From assembly GCA_964016885.1 (NCBI GenBank), contig OZ024740.1, positions 56,606,001 through 56,670,000 of the forward strand: a stretch of DNA of 64,000 nucleotides, given 5' to 3'. Shown one piece after another: positions 1 to 12,633 of the stretch (positions are counted from its first letter, which is position 1; each line of letters starts with the position of its first letter). The DNA is from Eledone cirrhosa. Taxonomy: Eukaryota. Position numbers and translations under genes: made by a program. Under the pieces are notes generated by a model. That model did not search any database. It was not told where the DNA came from and saw only the letters and a list, made by a program, of their open reading frames with translations.

Positions 1-372
1 ATGCATTTGAGCGCGGAAACTCAGAAATATCTCTGTTTGGTGAAAGGGTGCATAGTATGTTCATTGGGAGTGAATGACACCGAGCTGTCATTACGTAATT
101 CTTCTATATGACGGAACACCGAAGGGAAACCTGTAGTTTACATGATTACAACTCATCTTTGTCTAGCATGCTCGGTATTTAAATAACATTTGTGTAAATG
201 GCGCTACTATTGTCTCATAGGAACAATAGATAAAGTTTGTCAAGTATTGAAATAACATGAATATATTCACTGGTACTCCATGTAAACAAATAAATTATTC
301 TATTCATCATATATTATTTACTCGCATATCCACAAGTATGACATTAATGTTTGCCTAATTTTATTATTCCAG

Positions 373-448
373 GCCTTGCAGTTCCAATTGTTGGTTTCAA
401 TGCATTTGCGACAGCTAAAAATCTAATTGACGAGGTCATAACAGTCAG
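373..448 (+). CDS. L-threonine dehydratase/ammonia-lyase (TdcB-like), internal exon A; upstream exons outside window
   Basis: ttccag|...GTCAG|gtaaat; encodes (G)LAVPIVGFNAFATAKNLIDEVITVS, matching the ADGLAV..VG segment of PLP fold-II dehydratases; 76 nt, phase 1 to 2, joins exon B in frame. Confidence 0.9.
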
Positions 449-675
449 GTAAATCTAGATCCTGTAAATTGATGCTTTAGCTTTACAATGTTCAATAAAT
501 TTCTAAAGATATAGGTAGGACAAATGATTTAGCTTTGCTTTTAATCAAAGATAAAACCACATCAAAGAACATGGGACCATTTGAAGGTTAAATGACATTG
601 CATAACAGACTGCAAAACTCACTGTAGTAAATGAAAGAAACCAATTATAAAGCATGTGAAATATCATACATATAG

Positions 676-724
<49 letters not shown>

Positions 725-791
725 CACACACAGACACATATATATATATATATGCACATGTATATAAATATATTTATATATACATAAATAT

Positions 792-830
<39 letters not shown>

Positions 831-833
<3 letters not shown>

Positions 834-950
834 TTCTAAGGCGGGTAAAATCCCCGAGGTCCATGGACGAGTTCTCTCCAGCGGTCTCTGTCCCTCATTA
901 TCGCTGCCATGTCCTGCGTCTCCAACAGACCAGTGTCTGTCCTTAGGGCA
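831..950 (-). mobile_element. RTE-clade LINE 3' fragment between (TA)n tracts
   Basis: Minus strand reads ALRTDTGLLETQDMAAIMRDRDRWRELVHGPRGFYPP*, like RTE ORF C-termini. Confidence 0.6.
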
Positions 951-1072
951 TATATATATTAGTAAAAGGAAAAGAAAATGCTGACAAATTTTTCCCAGTG
1001 AAAAATAGTTTAATTAGGAATAAGTAAAAATTAGTAATAAGTATTGGTTAGTATTCAGTTTTAGTTTTAAGT

Positions 1073-1108
1073 TTTTACCGGTTGCGCATTTCTAATGCTT
1101 TTCAAAAA
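1073..1108 (-). ncRNA. Degenerate U3:A8 hammerhead relic
   Basis: Minus: ttt TTGAAAA GCAT tagaa ATGC GCAA CCGG TA aaaa; GAAA changed to GCAA; same layout as 26977-27014. Confidence 0.45.
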
Positions 1109-1139
1109 TAATTTTGAGATAGAGCGCTCGTGATGTTTG

Positions 1140-1197
<58 letters not shown>

Positions 1198-1207
1198 TAT
1201 ATATATA

Positions 1208-1375
1208 TTCGTATTTCTAAAGAAATTCGGTATACTTATAGATAAACATTTAGAAAGCCTAGAGGGCGATAGCCACCTGTGTTTTATCTATAAACATATC
1301 GTATTTCTTTAGAAATACGAAATTTCAATACATATCTGTATACAGCTAAGCTCGAAGCTAAATCATAATTCTATT
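1208..1375. repeat. Short fold-back in (TA)n, same family as 27282-27558
   Basis: Arms of about 35-45 bp (ttcgtatttctaaagaaa.../...tttctttagaaatacgaa); right arm carries an extra tail. Confidence 0.6.
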
Positions 1376-1506
1376 ATATATATATATATATTAATAAAAG
1401 GAATTCCAACTTTGTCTGATTTACTCGTTTTATTTACAATCCTTTAAAATTTATAATGGTATTAGAATGAAATAGTATGGCAGAATATTAAATTTTAAGT
1501 GTTAAT

Positions 1507-1545
1507 TGAACAAGTACTTTCATGCTTTCGCAATCTTCAGGTTCA
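1507..1545 (-). ncRNA. Minimal type I hammerhead ribozyme (family A, left arm)
   Basis: Reverse complement of 1625-1663. Confidence 0.8.
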
Positions 1546-1624
1546 TAATGTATGGTGACAGTCAAGTTTGCAATTTTCAACTGTGACAGTTGAAAATTGC
1601 AAACTTGACTGTCACCACAAAACA

Positions 1625-1663
1625 TGAACCTGAAGATTGCGAAAGCATGAAAGTACTTGTTCA
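1625..1663 (+). ncRNA. Minimal type I hammerhead ribozyme (family A)
   Basis: TGAAC-CTGAAGA-tTGCgaaaGCAt-GAAA-GTAC-TT-GTTCA; stem I TGAAC/GTTCA, palindromic stem III GTAC, CUU site. Confidence 0.82.
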
Positions 1664-1884
1664 ATTAACACTTAACATTTAATATTCTACCATACTATTT
1701 CATTCTAATACCATTATAAATTTTAAAGGATTGTAAATAAAACGAGTAAATCAGACAAAGTTGGAATTCCTTTTATTAATATAATCTTCTATACACAATC
1801 ATATACAGCCGTGTATATTTATCTATCTATCTATCTATCTATCTCTCTCTCTCTCTATATATATATATATTCATAAAGCAATTA

Positions 1885-2022
1885 ACCAGTATATTACTGG
1901 TACTTTATTTTATCGACCCCGTAAGGCAAAGTTGACCTCGGCGGGATTTGAACTCAGAATGGAAAGGGCCGTAACTCTATGCGTCAAAGCATGACGTCGG
2001 ACCCTCTGCCAATCCACCACCA
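1885..2022 (-). mobile_element. tRNA-derived SINE (octopus-type)
   Basis: ctggtacttattttatcgacccc...ggcaaagttgacctcggcgggatttgaactcagaa; B box gagttcaaatcc on minus strand; many copies in window. Confidence 0.85.
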
Positions 2023-2098
2023 TTCATAAAATAATGAGAAGAGTTCTTCAATGCAAGAAAGCTGTTTTAACAGCAAAATGCCGTCAATGACAGCGTCG

Positions 2099-2797
2099 GG
2101 TAAAATTTACCTGAAAGGACAGAAATCAGCGGCCAGAAATATATTGGCTCGCAGAAGTGATAGGAAGCAAGGAGCAAAGGAAGAAAATAGTCGATACAAG
2201 ATCACACAAAGATCTTTTAACCTCTTCTACTCTCAGACCATTTAACTTCAGAGTACCACAGAGGATTTCCAGCTCGTGCAACAAAAAAATTATTATTTCT
2301 GTTGGTACGATATTTGCTTGATAAAAATAACAAATTAGACAGACAGATGACAGAGAAGTAAAATGCGTCCTCTCGACACCAAGTCGCCGCTAGAAAAGAC
2401 AGCAAAAGCCCTGGCGCTGCTGAGGTGGCAGCAAACGCAAGTGACAAGCATGAGGGTCTGGTAGGAGAGGTGGGCAGAGAAGAAAAGAAGCAGCAAGAAG
2501 GGGAATGTGTGTGTGAGAGAGAGAAAGAACGAAAGAAGGGGGGAAATGAAGAGGGGCAGGAATAGCCAACAAACCCCAAGCGATGAAATTTGTCTAAAAT
2601 AGAAAGCTAATATAGCTGTGATAAAAATGTACACAAAGTTTTCTCGAAGATCGACTTCTGCAGGCCAACACACTTCTAGCTGATTTCTATCCTTGGAGGT
2701 AAATTTTACCTGACGCTGACATTGACATACCCTGAAAAAAGACAACCTTAACGGTTGGAGCAACCGTTAAGGTTGTCTTTTTTCAGGGTATGTCAAT
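2099..2797. repeat. Old inverted repeat (2099-2160 / 2651-2710) plus perfect 77-bp hairpin (2721-2797)
   Basis: ggtaaaatttacct...gcagaagt versus acttctgc...aggtaaattttacc; attgacataccctgaaaaaagacaaccttaacggttg gag followed by its reverse complement. Confidence 0.7.
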
Positions 2798-2824
2798 TTT
2801 TATTTATAAAACTAATCTGTATTG

Positions 2825-2890
2825 TATTTTATCTGATGAAAGCGCACCATAATTTGCCTTGGTGGCCCTTGAAATATGTATAATAAAATA
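2825..2890 (+). ncRNA. Type I hammerhead ribozyme
   Basis: TATTTTAT-CTGATGA-AAG..CACCA..TGGTG..CTT-GAAA-TATGTA-TA-ATAAAATA; 8-bp stem I; about 40 nt upstream of (TA)n. Confidence 0.82.
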
Positions 2891-2924
2891 AATATGGTTT
2901 TATAAATATAGTTTCCATTTGTTA

Positions 2925-3002
<78 letters not shown>

Positions 3003-3010
<8 letters not shown>

Positions 3011-3342
3011 TTAGAAACACACAGATACATGCGGACACACACATATACATGAATGCATCCACATCCAACCGTGAGTTAATGTTGCCAACCTTACCGATGT
3101 TGCTCAATGAATGACTGGGACAGACCAATCCGGTTGAACTAGACTGAACCAGTATCAGAGTTAAAAATACATTATGAAGAGAGAAGGAACATTTAGATAT
3201 AATTAGTAATAAAATGTATCATACCTAAACTGCTCCTAGATTCCTCGACTACGTAGTTTCGTGGCATAAACAAAAACAGTACATCATAAAGATATAGAGC
3301 CCTTGCGAGGTCTGCCGACTTATCAAGAGGATACCTCATTTT
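3003..3342 (-). mobile_element. Non-coding HHR-bearing repeat (family R), partial copy between (TA)n arrays
   Basis: Closely similar to 57385-57727. Confidence 0.8.
3242..3331 (-). ncRNA. Hammerhead ribozyme with U3:A8 core
   Basis: Minus: TCCTC-TTGATAA-GTcGGCA...TGCCAC-GAAA-CTACGTAG-TC-GAGGA; GUC site; palindromic stem III. Confidence 0.82.
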
Positions 3343-3384
3343 ATATATATATATACATAATATATATATATATATATATACATA

Positions 3385-3503
<119 letters not shown>

Positions 3504-3510
3504 CTATATA

Positions 3511-3552
<42 letters not shown>

Positions 3553-3724
3553 CATAATCTCTATATATATATATACATATATATATATACACATAATAAA
3601 AGGGCGATTATTTACGTTTATTGATCAGTTTCCCCTATTGATCACTTCAAGGTTCGATCTGGCCCGACTCTGGAATCAAAAGCTCGTTGAATCTATGCTG
3701 TGGTTATAACAGAATGAACACATT

Positions 3725-3807
<83 letters not shown>

Positions 3808-4206
3808 ATTGTAATCTAAATTTATAAAGTGAAGGAATAGGTGGAAAGAGCTGCCATCTAATATATTATATAAGGGTTCCTTAGCTTCATTGGGAGTGAA
3901 TGATAGGTTGCGATTATTTAGGCTGTAGCTTTTGTTAAAGTCAAGATGTCGCATAGAACAGCACAAACCGCGTGTTGACGTGGTATTGCTTCTCCCGCAA
4001 GGACGCGAAGGAAAATGTGTTTACTGTCTCTATTCTTTGTCTTTCTATATCCTTATGTTTATGTATTTATATCGAATGTTTGTATATATAAGTGTTGTTA
4101 CGTATGTATTATGTGAATTTGAATGTGTATATAAGTTTGCTGTATCTATCTGTAGCGTGGTGTGATAAGGGGGGTTAAATTAAATGTGTATATGTTTATA
4201 TGTTTA

Positions 4207-4495
4207 GTCGGCGAATTGGCAGTGTCGTTAAAACGTCGGATAGGATGCTTTACGATATTCGTCCCACGACATTTCCCGTTCTGAGTTCAAATCCCGCCGT
4301 GGTCAACTTTGCCTTTCATCCTTTCGAAGTCGATAAAAAAAAGTACCAGTCCAGTACTGGGGTCGATTCTTCCTCTATAGAAAAAATCGGCTGTGTTCAG
4401 ACTTGGAGAGGGTTAAGCTCCGCCAGGTTTAAAAGTGTCCTAGACACGCCGTTGACGGGGCTTCTACGACTCCCGAAGGAGTTATGGGAGCTTTA
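4207..4495 (+). mobile_element. tRNA-derived SINE plus linked 3' repeat module
   Basis: ggcgaattggcag...ctgagttcaaatcccgccg...aagtaccagt...ctggggtcgat, then a ~120-bp module also at 9725-9845 and 10260-10350. Confidence 0.8.
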
Positions 4496-4881
4496 TCCTT
4501 ATCCTATGTTTATATGTTTGTTGTTTGCATATTAGGTGTTATATATGTTTGTTGTTTGCATTTGTAGGTTGTATAGTAGTCTTTAGACATTGTGTGTATT
4601 TGTATTTACAGCGAGTATGGGCGCGTGTATGTGTGTCCGTGTTTTTGATGAGTGTGTATGTGAAATTTGAATGTAGGTGTGTGTGTTTGCGTGTTGGTCC
4701 TGTGGATGTGCTTTTGTATTTGTGTGTGTGTATGCATATGTATGTTTTTGTTGAGGCGCGCGTGTGTGAGGAAAGGTAAGTAAGTATAGTGGTATTTTGG
4801 GTGTGTGCGTTTGTATGTGAAAATAGATGTGTGTGCATAGGTTTTTAGTATAAGTTTGTGCATGCATGTGTAATTATTGTA

Positions 4882-4930
<49 letters not shown>

Positions 4931-4931
<1 letters not shown>

Positions 4932-6000
4932 TAAAAGGAATTCCAACTTACTCGTTTTAGTTACAATCCTTTAACATTATAATGATATTATAATGAAATA
5001 GTATGGTAGAATATTAAATGTTAAATGTTAATTGAACAAGTACATTCATGCTTTCGCAATCATCAGGTTCATATTAGGTGGTGACAGTCAAGTTTGTAAT
5101 TTTCAACTGTAATAAGATGGGTAAAATCTGTGCCTCATATACAGTAAAAAGGGGCTACAGAATGCTAGGTTTTGCAAACTGTATTTCTACCAATCGGTGT
5201 GTAGTTTCACTAGATTACTAAAGCTGCAAATCAGAGACCCAATGTCCGTCAGATAAACCTGAGTAACCATCTAGCAACATGTGGTCAGAAAATATTTATA
5301 ATATTTCCATTCTACAAATTACACAGCCCAAGTGAAATCAAGAGAAAAATTAAAAAGAATTTTATTGATAAATTCCAACCCAAGCTAAATGAACAATAAT
5401 CATGCTTAGGGGTATTACTTCTACTATGACTACGCCTACGATCATGTCGACTACCACCACTAACAACAACAACAAAAATAATAATAAAAGTGATGTTGAT
5501 GTTGATGATTACTGAAGATTTTTTATAAAAACCCTAGAAAATGCTATTTTCATCATTTCTAAAAATAGCAAAACAATTGATGCTTTGGATAGGGTCAAAT
5601 AGAAGTCATTAGACATGCTCAACCAACCATGACGCCTAAACCAATCAGCTTTAGTAATCTAGTGAAACTACACACCGATTGGTCGAAATACAGTTTGCAA
5701 ACCTTAGCATTCTGTAGCCCCTTTTTATTTTTACTGTATATAAGGCACAGCATTTATCCATCTCATTACAGTTGAAAATTGAAAACTTGACTGTCACCAC
5801 TGAATATGAACCTGAAGATTGCGAAAGCATGAACGTACTTGTTCAATTAACACTTAACATTTAATATTCTGCCATACTATTTCATTATAATACCATTATA
5901 ATTTTAAAGGATTGCAAATAAAACGAGTAAATCAGACAAAGTTGGAATTCCTTTTATTAATATAATCTTCTATACACAATCATACACACCCGTGTATATT
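4931..6000 (+). mobile_element. 5'-truncated PLE (family A, Neptune-like) with inverted terminal repeat
   Basis: Arms 4931-5227 and 5647-5957; inner GIY-YIG C-terminus RQINLSNHLATCGQKIFIIFPFYKLHSPSEIKRKIKKNFIDKFQPKLNEQ*; mutated HHRs at 5033-5071(-) and 5807-5845(+); (TA)n on both sides. Clade is an inference. Confidence 0.8.
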
Positions 6001-6029
6001 TATATATATATATATATATGTGTGTGTGG

Positions 6030-6129
<100 letters not shown>

Positions 6130-6278
6130 CCTGTGTGTGCATAGTAAGTGTGTATATAGTATGTGTGATTATTCAGGAGGGTGTTAAAGAAAAAAGCTTG
6201 GGTCGTGTTGAGCAAAAGTTTTTATTTTATCACCAGTAAAAATATTAATCTTTCCCCAATTTTTGTATATATTTTCAG

Positions 6279-6404
6279 TGAAAACTACATTGCTTTATCC
6301 ATTCTGAGGCTTGTAGAACAGGAAAAAGCTGTTGTAGAAGGAGCTGGTGTTGTTGGACTGGCTGCAATATTACAGGGTAAAATGCAGGAATTAAAAGGCA
6401 AAAC
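6279..6404 (+). CDS. Threonine dehydratase exon B
   Basis: ttttcag|T GAA AAC...AAA AC|gtgagc; ENYIALSILRLVEQEKAVVEGAGVVGLAAILQGKMQELKGK, with the EKxVVEGAG motif; 126 nt, phase 2 to 2. Confidence 0.95.
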
Positions 6405-6496
6405 GTGAGCAAAACATCGATTTCTACGATAAGCATAAGGGTGCTATGTTTCTATGTGATCCTCGTCACTTACTATTATTGATTTTATCTACTATG

Positions 6497-6924
6497 CAAG
6501 GGCGGTGAAACTTGGGGAGGGGGTGAGTGCAGGGGGGCATATATCCCCCAATAATTTTTTTTTTTTTTCAAAACTACTAAAACACACATCTATTTGTATA
6601 TGTGCTACAATTTATGTATATGTTATGTTTATCACATATCGAAGTTTTTTTATATCTTGGTTGATATTTGATAACAGTGTAATATATTATGTTAACCTTC
6701 ATAGTAAATTATTTTGTCATGTCATAACTTTTTCTCCGCATATCACTATTTGCTAATTGCTAGTATATGTATTCAGAGACAGATTTCATAGGTCATTTTG
6801 TTCTAATCACTTTATAATTATTGAAAGCTGTAAATGCATTTTCTGACCATTTTAAAGTGCAAAGATATAAACAAAACGACCAAATTTGCGCCCCACTTCA
6901 TTCAGAAATGCTTCCACCGCCCTG
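6497..6924. mobile_element. MITE-like element
   Basis: Imperfect terminal inverted repeats caagggcggtgaaa / ttccaccgccctg; no clear TSD. Confidence 0.45.
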
Positions 6925-8585
6925 CCATGGGAATATGAAAGTCAAAGTTGAGCTTGGCAGGGTTTGAATTCAGAACTTAAATAGATCTCGAATTTTCACT
7001 TCCTTATTCCCCCCCCCCCTCCCACCCCCTTCACCGTCTCCCTTTCACCTCTCTCTCTCTCTTTCACCCTCTCTCTTACACCCTCCCTCTCTCGCCCTCT
7101 CTTTTTCACACTCCCTATTTCACTCTCTCTCTCTCTCTCTCTTTGTTATCCCCCTCTCCCTTAAAAATTAATTCATACTTTTAATTTATATTAATAATGT
7201 GTGACTATATCAGACATATTGGGAATCTGTCATTAGTTATATCGGAGAATGTGTCAACATATGAGAAAAATATCGAATATCTCAGAAATATATATCAAGA
7301 ATGTGCCAATATATCAGAGAATGCATCAAAATATTGGGAATGGCGGAATTATTGGAGCGCTGCCTTGCAGTATTACGGTATCTATTTCTAAACCTGTCAA
7401 CACTCCCCGTCCGAAGGGGATATCTCCTATCTACTTTGGGGTGGGAGGGAGATATCTTCTCTTGTGAAAATGGGTATAGCTTTCATTATGTAGAATATCC
7501 CCATTTTGCCTCATTTATCCCCGTTTTGGGCACTTTTTTTCATGGTAATCCCTGTTTGGGTTTTTAGAGGTTGGCAGGTCTGTATTTGTGAGTACGTTTT
7601 CGATTTTAGTGTTGCCAAGCTTTATCGGTATTTGCATTTGCTGTGAGAACATTAATGCAGACTTATATAAATGGGCAACAACTGATCTTTCAGAAAAACA
7701 TCTTGCCCAGGGATGCGCTTTGTTGAGGAACTTTCCAAGTGAAAACGCATGAACAGCTATGGCTAAAGGAGGCCTTAAAAATTATCATTGCAAGAAATAA
7801 ACTAGGTTGCAATATGTAAATATATTTTTAAACATCTAATGGTTTAATGCATCAATAAAATTAAGTAAATAATTGTATAGTTCAAGAACAACGCAAGCGG
7901 TAACGTAAGTTAAATTGTTTTAATCATAACTGATGGGCAATGAGATCCTGAATTTAGATATACATTAACCATTTGGATAGCGAATGTATGTGAAAAGCCG
8001 AGCGTAAATGAAAGTAATTACACATGCAATATGTCAGCACATTCTAATTATATAACTGGAGTTGCTTTCTAATTATAGAAGACACATAAAACTGCAAAAC
8101 GCAATATGTCAACTATCATATCAACTTATCACGCAAGTCTTGCCCGAAAATAACGGGCTAGAAATAGCAGCAAAAACCGACAATAAAATTTCATTTTAAA
8201 AATAAAGAATGGTGTGCGCATGCGCGGAGATGTTATAAAATACCTTATAAAATAAGGTGAAGGCCCTTAAAGACGGAAAAAGAAGTTGCCATCGGTCGGT
8301 ATGAAGAATCGAACCGCATATCACCCAGATAGTTCTATTCTTCATAGCGGCCGATGGCATCCTTTTTTTCTTCCTTTAAATGTCTTCACCTATTATATAA
8401 GCGATGTTATAGCACCCCCTCGCAAAAGCACTACATTCTTTATATTAATTTTATTGCTTCAACGCTTCATAAAAGTCCGAGAGATCGGCTTCGTATACAC
8501 GATGATTGTTTCTTTTTTTAGGTTCATTACTTCAATTTTTTTTTGGTATGTTATGAAATAAAATGTCAGTGTTATATTTTTAAAG

Positions 8586-8753
8586 GGTAGTTGTGGCGTT
8601 GTGTGGCGGAAACATTGATACCCCAGCTTTAGGAAGAGTCATTGAACGTGGTTTAGCTGCTGATGGACGTTTGATCAAGTTTGTTGTGACGGTTAGTGAT
8701 CGACCAGGAGGGATTGCCGACTTAACACGGCTTATAGCCAGTATTGGTGTCAG
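8586..8753 (+). CDS. Threonine dehydratase exon C
   Basis: ttttaaag|...GTCAG|gtaggc; VVVALCGGNIDTPALGRVIERGLAADGRLIKFVVTVSDRPGGIADLTRLIASIGVS (GGNID motif, ACT-domain DRPG motif); 168 nt. Not in the ORF track. Confidence 0.95.
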
Positions 8754-9724
8754 GTAGGCTTTATTTCATGTGAGAAAAAAACGCCATCATCATTATCATC
8801 ATCATCACCATTATCACAGTTGTGGTTGTCTTTGTCGTCGTTGTCATCATCATCCTCACTACCACCGCAAACAACAACAACAACAACATCAATCAGTCAA
8901 TCAATTTCATTATCTTCCCTGTCTTGTTAGTGTCATTGTCCTCTTCCTAATCAGTTCTTGTGTATCAGTCATCGTCTTTTTTTCCCTCTCCCACCTTCCA
9001 CATTCTCTCGCTCCTTTGCCTCCTTGTCATTATCGTTAACAACAACAACAAAAACTATAACAGCATTACCATTATTCAATTTTCTTATTTATCTCAGCAA
9101 TAAGATTATTGCTTTATACGTGTGTGTGTGAGTGTGTGTGTGAGTGTGTGTGTGTGTGTGAGTGTGAGTGTGAGTGTGTGTGTGTGTGTGTTCGTGTGAG
9201 TGTGTGTGTAGGTGTATGTGTGTGTGTAGGGGTGTGTGTGTGAGTGTGTGTGTGTGAGTGTGAGTGAGTGTGTGTGTGAATGTGTGTGTGTGTGTGAGTG
9301 TGTGTGTGTGAGTGTGTGAGTGTGTGTGTGTGTGGGGTGGGGTGGTGGGGGGGGGGGGGGGGGGGGGGTGAGTGTGTGTGTGTGTGTGTGTGTGAGTGTG
9401 TGTGTGTGTGAGAGAATGTGTGTGTGTCCGTTGGCTTTAACGAATAGTAGAAAATGTACTCAGTGCCATACTAGAGTGTATGAGTTTATTCAGACTGATC
9501 CAGTAGCCTGATATTCCACAGCCTACAGACTTACATCAAACAAGGAGTAAACATTGCTTTAATATAAATATCTCTATACATTCAGGAAAACAGATTTTGA
9601 AAGTGTTTCCATTTATATTCTATAACAATCAGTAATTTGAAATTCGTTAACTTTGAAAGATGGAATTTTCGAGAAAATCTTCTATGATTCATTAACATAC
9701 ACCTAAATATATTTGTATCTATCG

Positions 9725-10350
9725 ACTCGTAACTCCTGATGGGATTTCAGGGATCTGTAGTAAATTGAGCTTATCTTAGGCATTTTAAACTTGGCAGAGC
9801 CCATCGCCTCTGCACATCTGAATACAGCTGATTTCTTCCAGAGGAGAGAGTGTGTGTGTGTGTGTGTGGTAGTTAGGAAGTTAGAAATAGATATAAGAGA
9901 AAGAATGGACTTCAGTAATTGAGTGCTACATTTTTATCGACTTCGAAAGTTAACCTCGACGGGTTTTGCAACCAGAGCGCAGAAAGCCGGAATAAATACC
10001 GCAAAACATTCTAATTGACTTTCTAACGACTCTGTTGATTTGGTGTCTATTTACATATAAAGGCGAATTGGCAGAGTCGGAAGAATATCGGATAGAATGA
10101 TTTGCGCTATTCGTTCCGGTTCCCTGCTCTCAGTTCAAATCCTGCCGAGGTTAATTTTGGCTTTCATCCATTCGAGGCTGATAAAAAAATACCAGTCAAG
10201 TACTGGGGCGATTATTCCTTTATATCTCTTTCTCACTTCTTCTCTATCACTTTCTATACTTCTCTGGACGAAATCTGCTGTGTTTAAACATGGCTCCGCC
10301 AGCTTAAAATGTCACTACGGCGCCCCTCCGACTCCCTCAGGAGTTACGCA
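9725..10350. mobile_element. Head-to-head SINE pair (about 9915-10050 minus; 10060-10210 plus), each with the linked module distally
   Basis: aaggcgaattggcagagtcg...cagttcaaatcctgccgagg...tactgggg; older copy on minus strand. Confidence 0.7.
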
Positions 10351-11199
10351 ACTTAAAGAATAAGAAAGAAGACTAGCCTGTAGGTTGTATGAGGTTTTCT
10401 TTTCCTTTTTTCTTTCGAGGTTTGTAAGTCAATTTTGTACTATCCTTGAAAGAAAAATACTGATCCATGTAAGTAGAGAGTCGATAGTACTCGGGATTTT
10501 GTACGTCATGGCTAACAAGAATTCAACTCTTACAAAAACAGCTACTGAACTCGTGCCTTCTGTTTACTTTTAGTTTCACCTTAGAAACTATGAAACATTA
10601 AAACCTAATTATAACTGACAGTTAATACACTTCAAATCGCATTACCGTTGCTGCGGTGTGTTTGTAAAGAATCCATCAAACTTTTAATTGTTATTAATGT
10701 AAACATATCCTTTGATTGACTAATACTAAGAACCGAAGATTTACTAGATATGGCTGAATGAGCCAGCTATTAGCGTCTAGGTACAAATGATAAGAATTTG
10801 TTTTGGATTTTGTTTGTGCACTGTGATGTAAGAATCATTAAGCAATATACTCTACTATATTTCACGTAATCCATTTCCCTGAGTGATAATAGGTATTTGA
10901 AACTATACAACCAAATGCGCGCATAAAGAACGGTTTTCTATATATTTCTCGATGAAAAGCAGAGAAACCGATGTAGTGGATGTCTCTAGATATATTAGAA
11001 TCAGAATAATCTAGTAATATTTCGTTTCTCTTTTCTTTTTTTTTTTTTTTTGTATCGCTGATATAAAGCTTCTGAGACTCGTGGAAGGAAGGGGAAAGTT
11101 ATTCCCGAATTGGGAACTCCGAATCCTTGCAAAAGCGTATGCCTTATTAAAAGCTCTATAGATCTAGATAATGGTATCAAACCATGTTACATATTATAC

Positions 11200-11370
11200 C
11201 TACCACACAAGAACAGGAATCATCTCTACAACAAGCTTCCGTAAATGTACTACCTAGTGAATTTCATTCACAAAACCTTTATTACATATATGTTATGTTA
11301 AAAGGTATCATGCAGTGGCATCGAAACAGAAACCACGTAGTTGCGAAGCGAATTTCCGAACCACACAGTT
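11200..11370 (-). mobile_element. Degraded tRNA-derived SINE, second family
   Basis: Minus starts ctgtgtggttcggaaattcgcttcgcaactacgtggtttctgtttcgatgccactgc (tRNA-like head). Confidence 0.5.
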
Positions 11371-11858
11371 TTGTCTGTCGTCTGGATGACTATAAGGTAT
11401 AAGGCCATAGAACAGATATAGGGCAAAGTCCTTCACAGAAGACAAAATTACTACTATTGTTATAAATTTTTCTACTCATTAGTTTTGTGACCTGTTTGTA
11501 AATGTTTCATCGTATTAAGTTTTGTCTTTCTCCTTGTTATCGACCATGCTAGTTAAATAAGAAACAACCATTTATTCAAACACACACCACTCCCACCCCT
11601 GTTTATTTGCTAACCTGTGTTAATACTAGTAACGATATTCCTCAATATATTATTTGGGATTTAAATGAATATTCACACAAGCATCTCAATGCATGCATAT
11701 GTACCATAGTATATATAACGACATATATATAAATATGAGCCAAATTTTCCGCATATCACACTTTAAAAGAGATGAGTCATTGGATAAATTAGTTTAAAAT
11801 GCAATACTCCCCTACAGCTCAATCGGAATACCCTTGATTTATTGCAAGTAATGATAAT

Positions 11859-11975
<117 letters not shown>

Positions 11976-12348
11976 CGAATCTCTTTCTCATCGATACTTC
12001 AACCAAACCAGATTGAATCATATTATAACGTAGTCATCACTTTCATAGTTTTTACTTCTTTAAGGCACCCGTGGCTATACTCTAGTTCACTGGCATGGGC
12101 TGCTCAGATAAAAGAATTAAACTAAGGTTCAAATTAATTTAAATTAGGTTGATGTACTGAATATTACACTAACTGAATCGCCTTTAATTTGGAGAAATAA
12201 ACAAAAACTTAACGTTAATTATTTACGAATCTCATAGAAAAAGGGAGATAATTTTAAGAAATTTCGAATAAATTGCCATGGTTAGAAGAAAATCTAATTC
12301 TTCTATTTTCTATATTGATTAATTTAAGAAAATAATCGTCTTTTGCAG

Positions 12349-12406
12349 TATCAAGGAGATTTTCCATGAACGTGCATGGTTGGCATCAAATATGTTTGCA
12401 GTGAAG
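12349..12406 (+). CDS. Threonine dehydratase exon D (ACT domain)
   Basis: ttttgcag|T ATC AAG...GTG AAG|gtaagt; IKEIFHERAWLASNMFAVK; 58 nt, phase 2 to 0. Confidence 0.92.
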
Positions 12407-12633
12407 GTAAGTAAAATATTCGATTTTTCTTTCATTCATTATTGGTTTCAGAATTCCACATTCACCATCCTGTGGCAATGCATTCAAAGCAATGTCGAGT
12501 CTAGTAAATACCTTTTCATGCTAGATATTTCATCCACGTCTTTTCATTGAACACCTAATTCATGGAACATAAACAAACAGTAATCGTAAATGCAGTTACA
12601 GGCATCCACCCTCCAATATATATATATATATAT

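Larger units (their letters stand above)
1390..1820. mobile_element. Near-perfect ~400-bp palindrome made of PLE terminal repeat (family A)
   Basis: Arms 1390-1584 and 1587-1781 around caactgtgacagttg; right-arm tail (tataatcttctatacacaatc...); homologous to the arms of 4931-6000. Confidence 0.85.

Noticed and set aside
1390-1820. Palindromes as MITEs or miRNA precursors
   Set aside because: Arms match PLE 3' ends with HHRs, vary in length and are asymmetric; no fixed TIR/TSD
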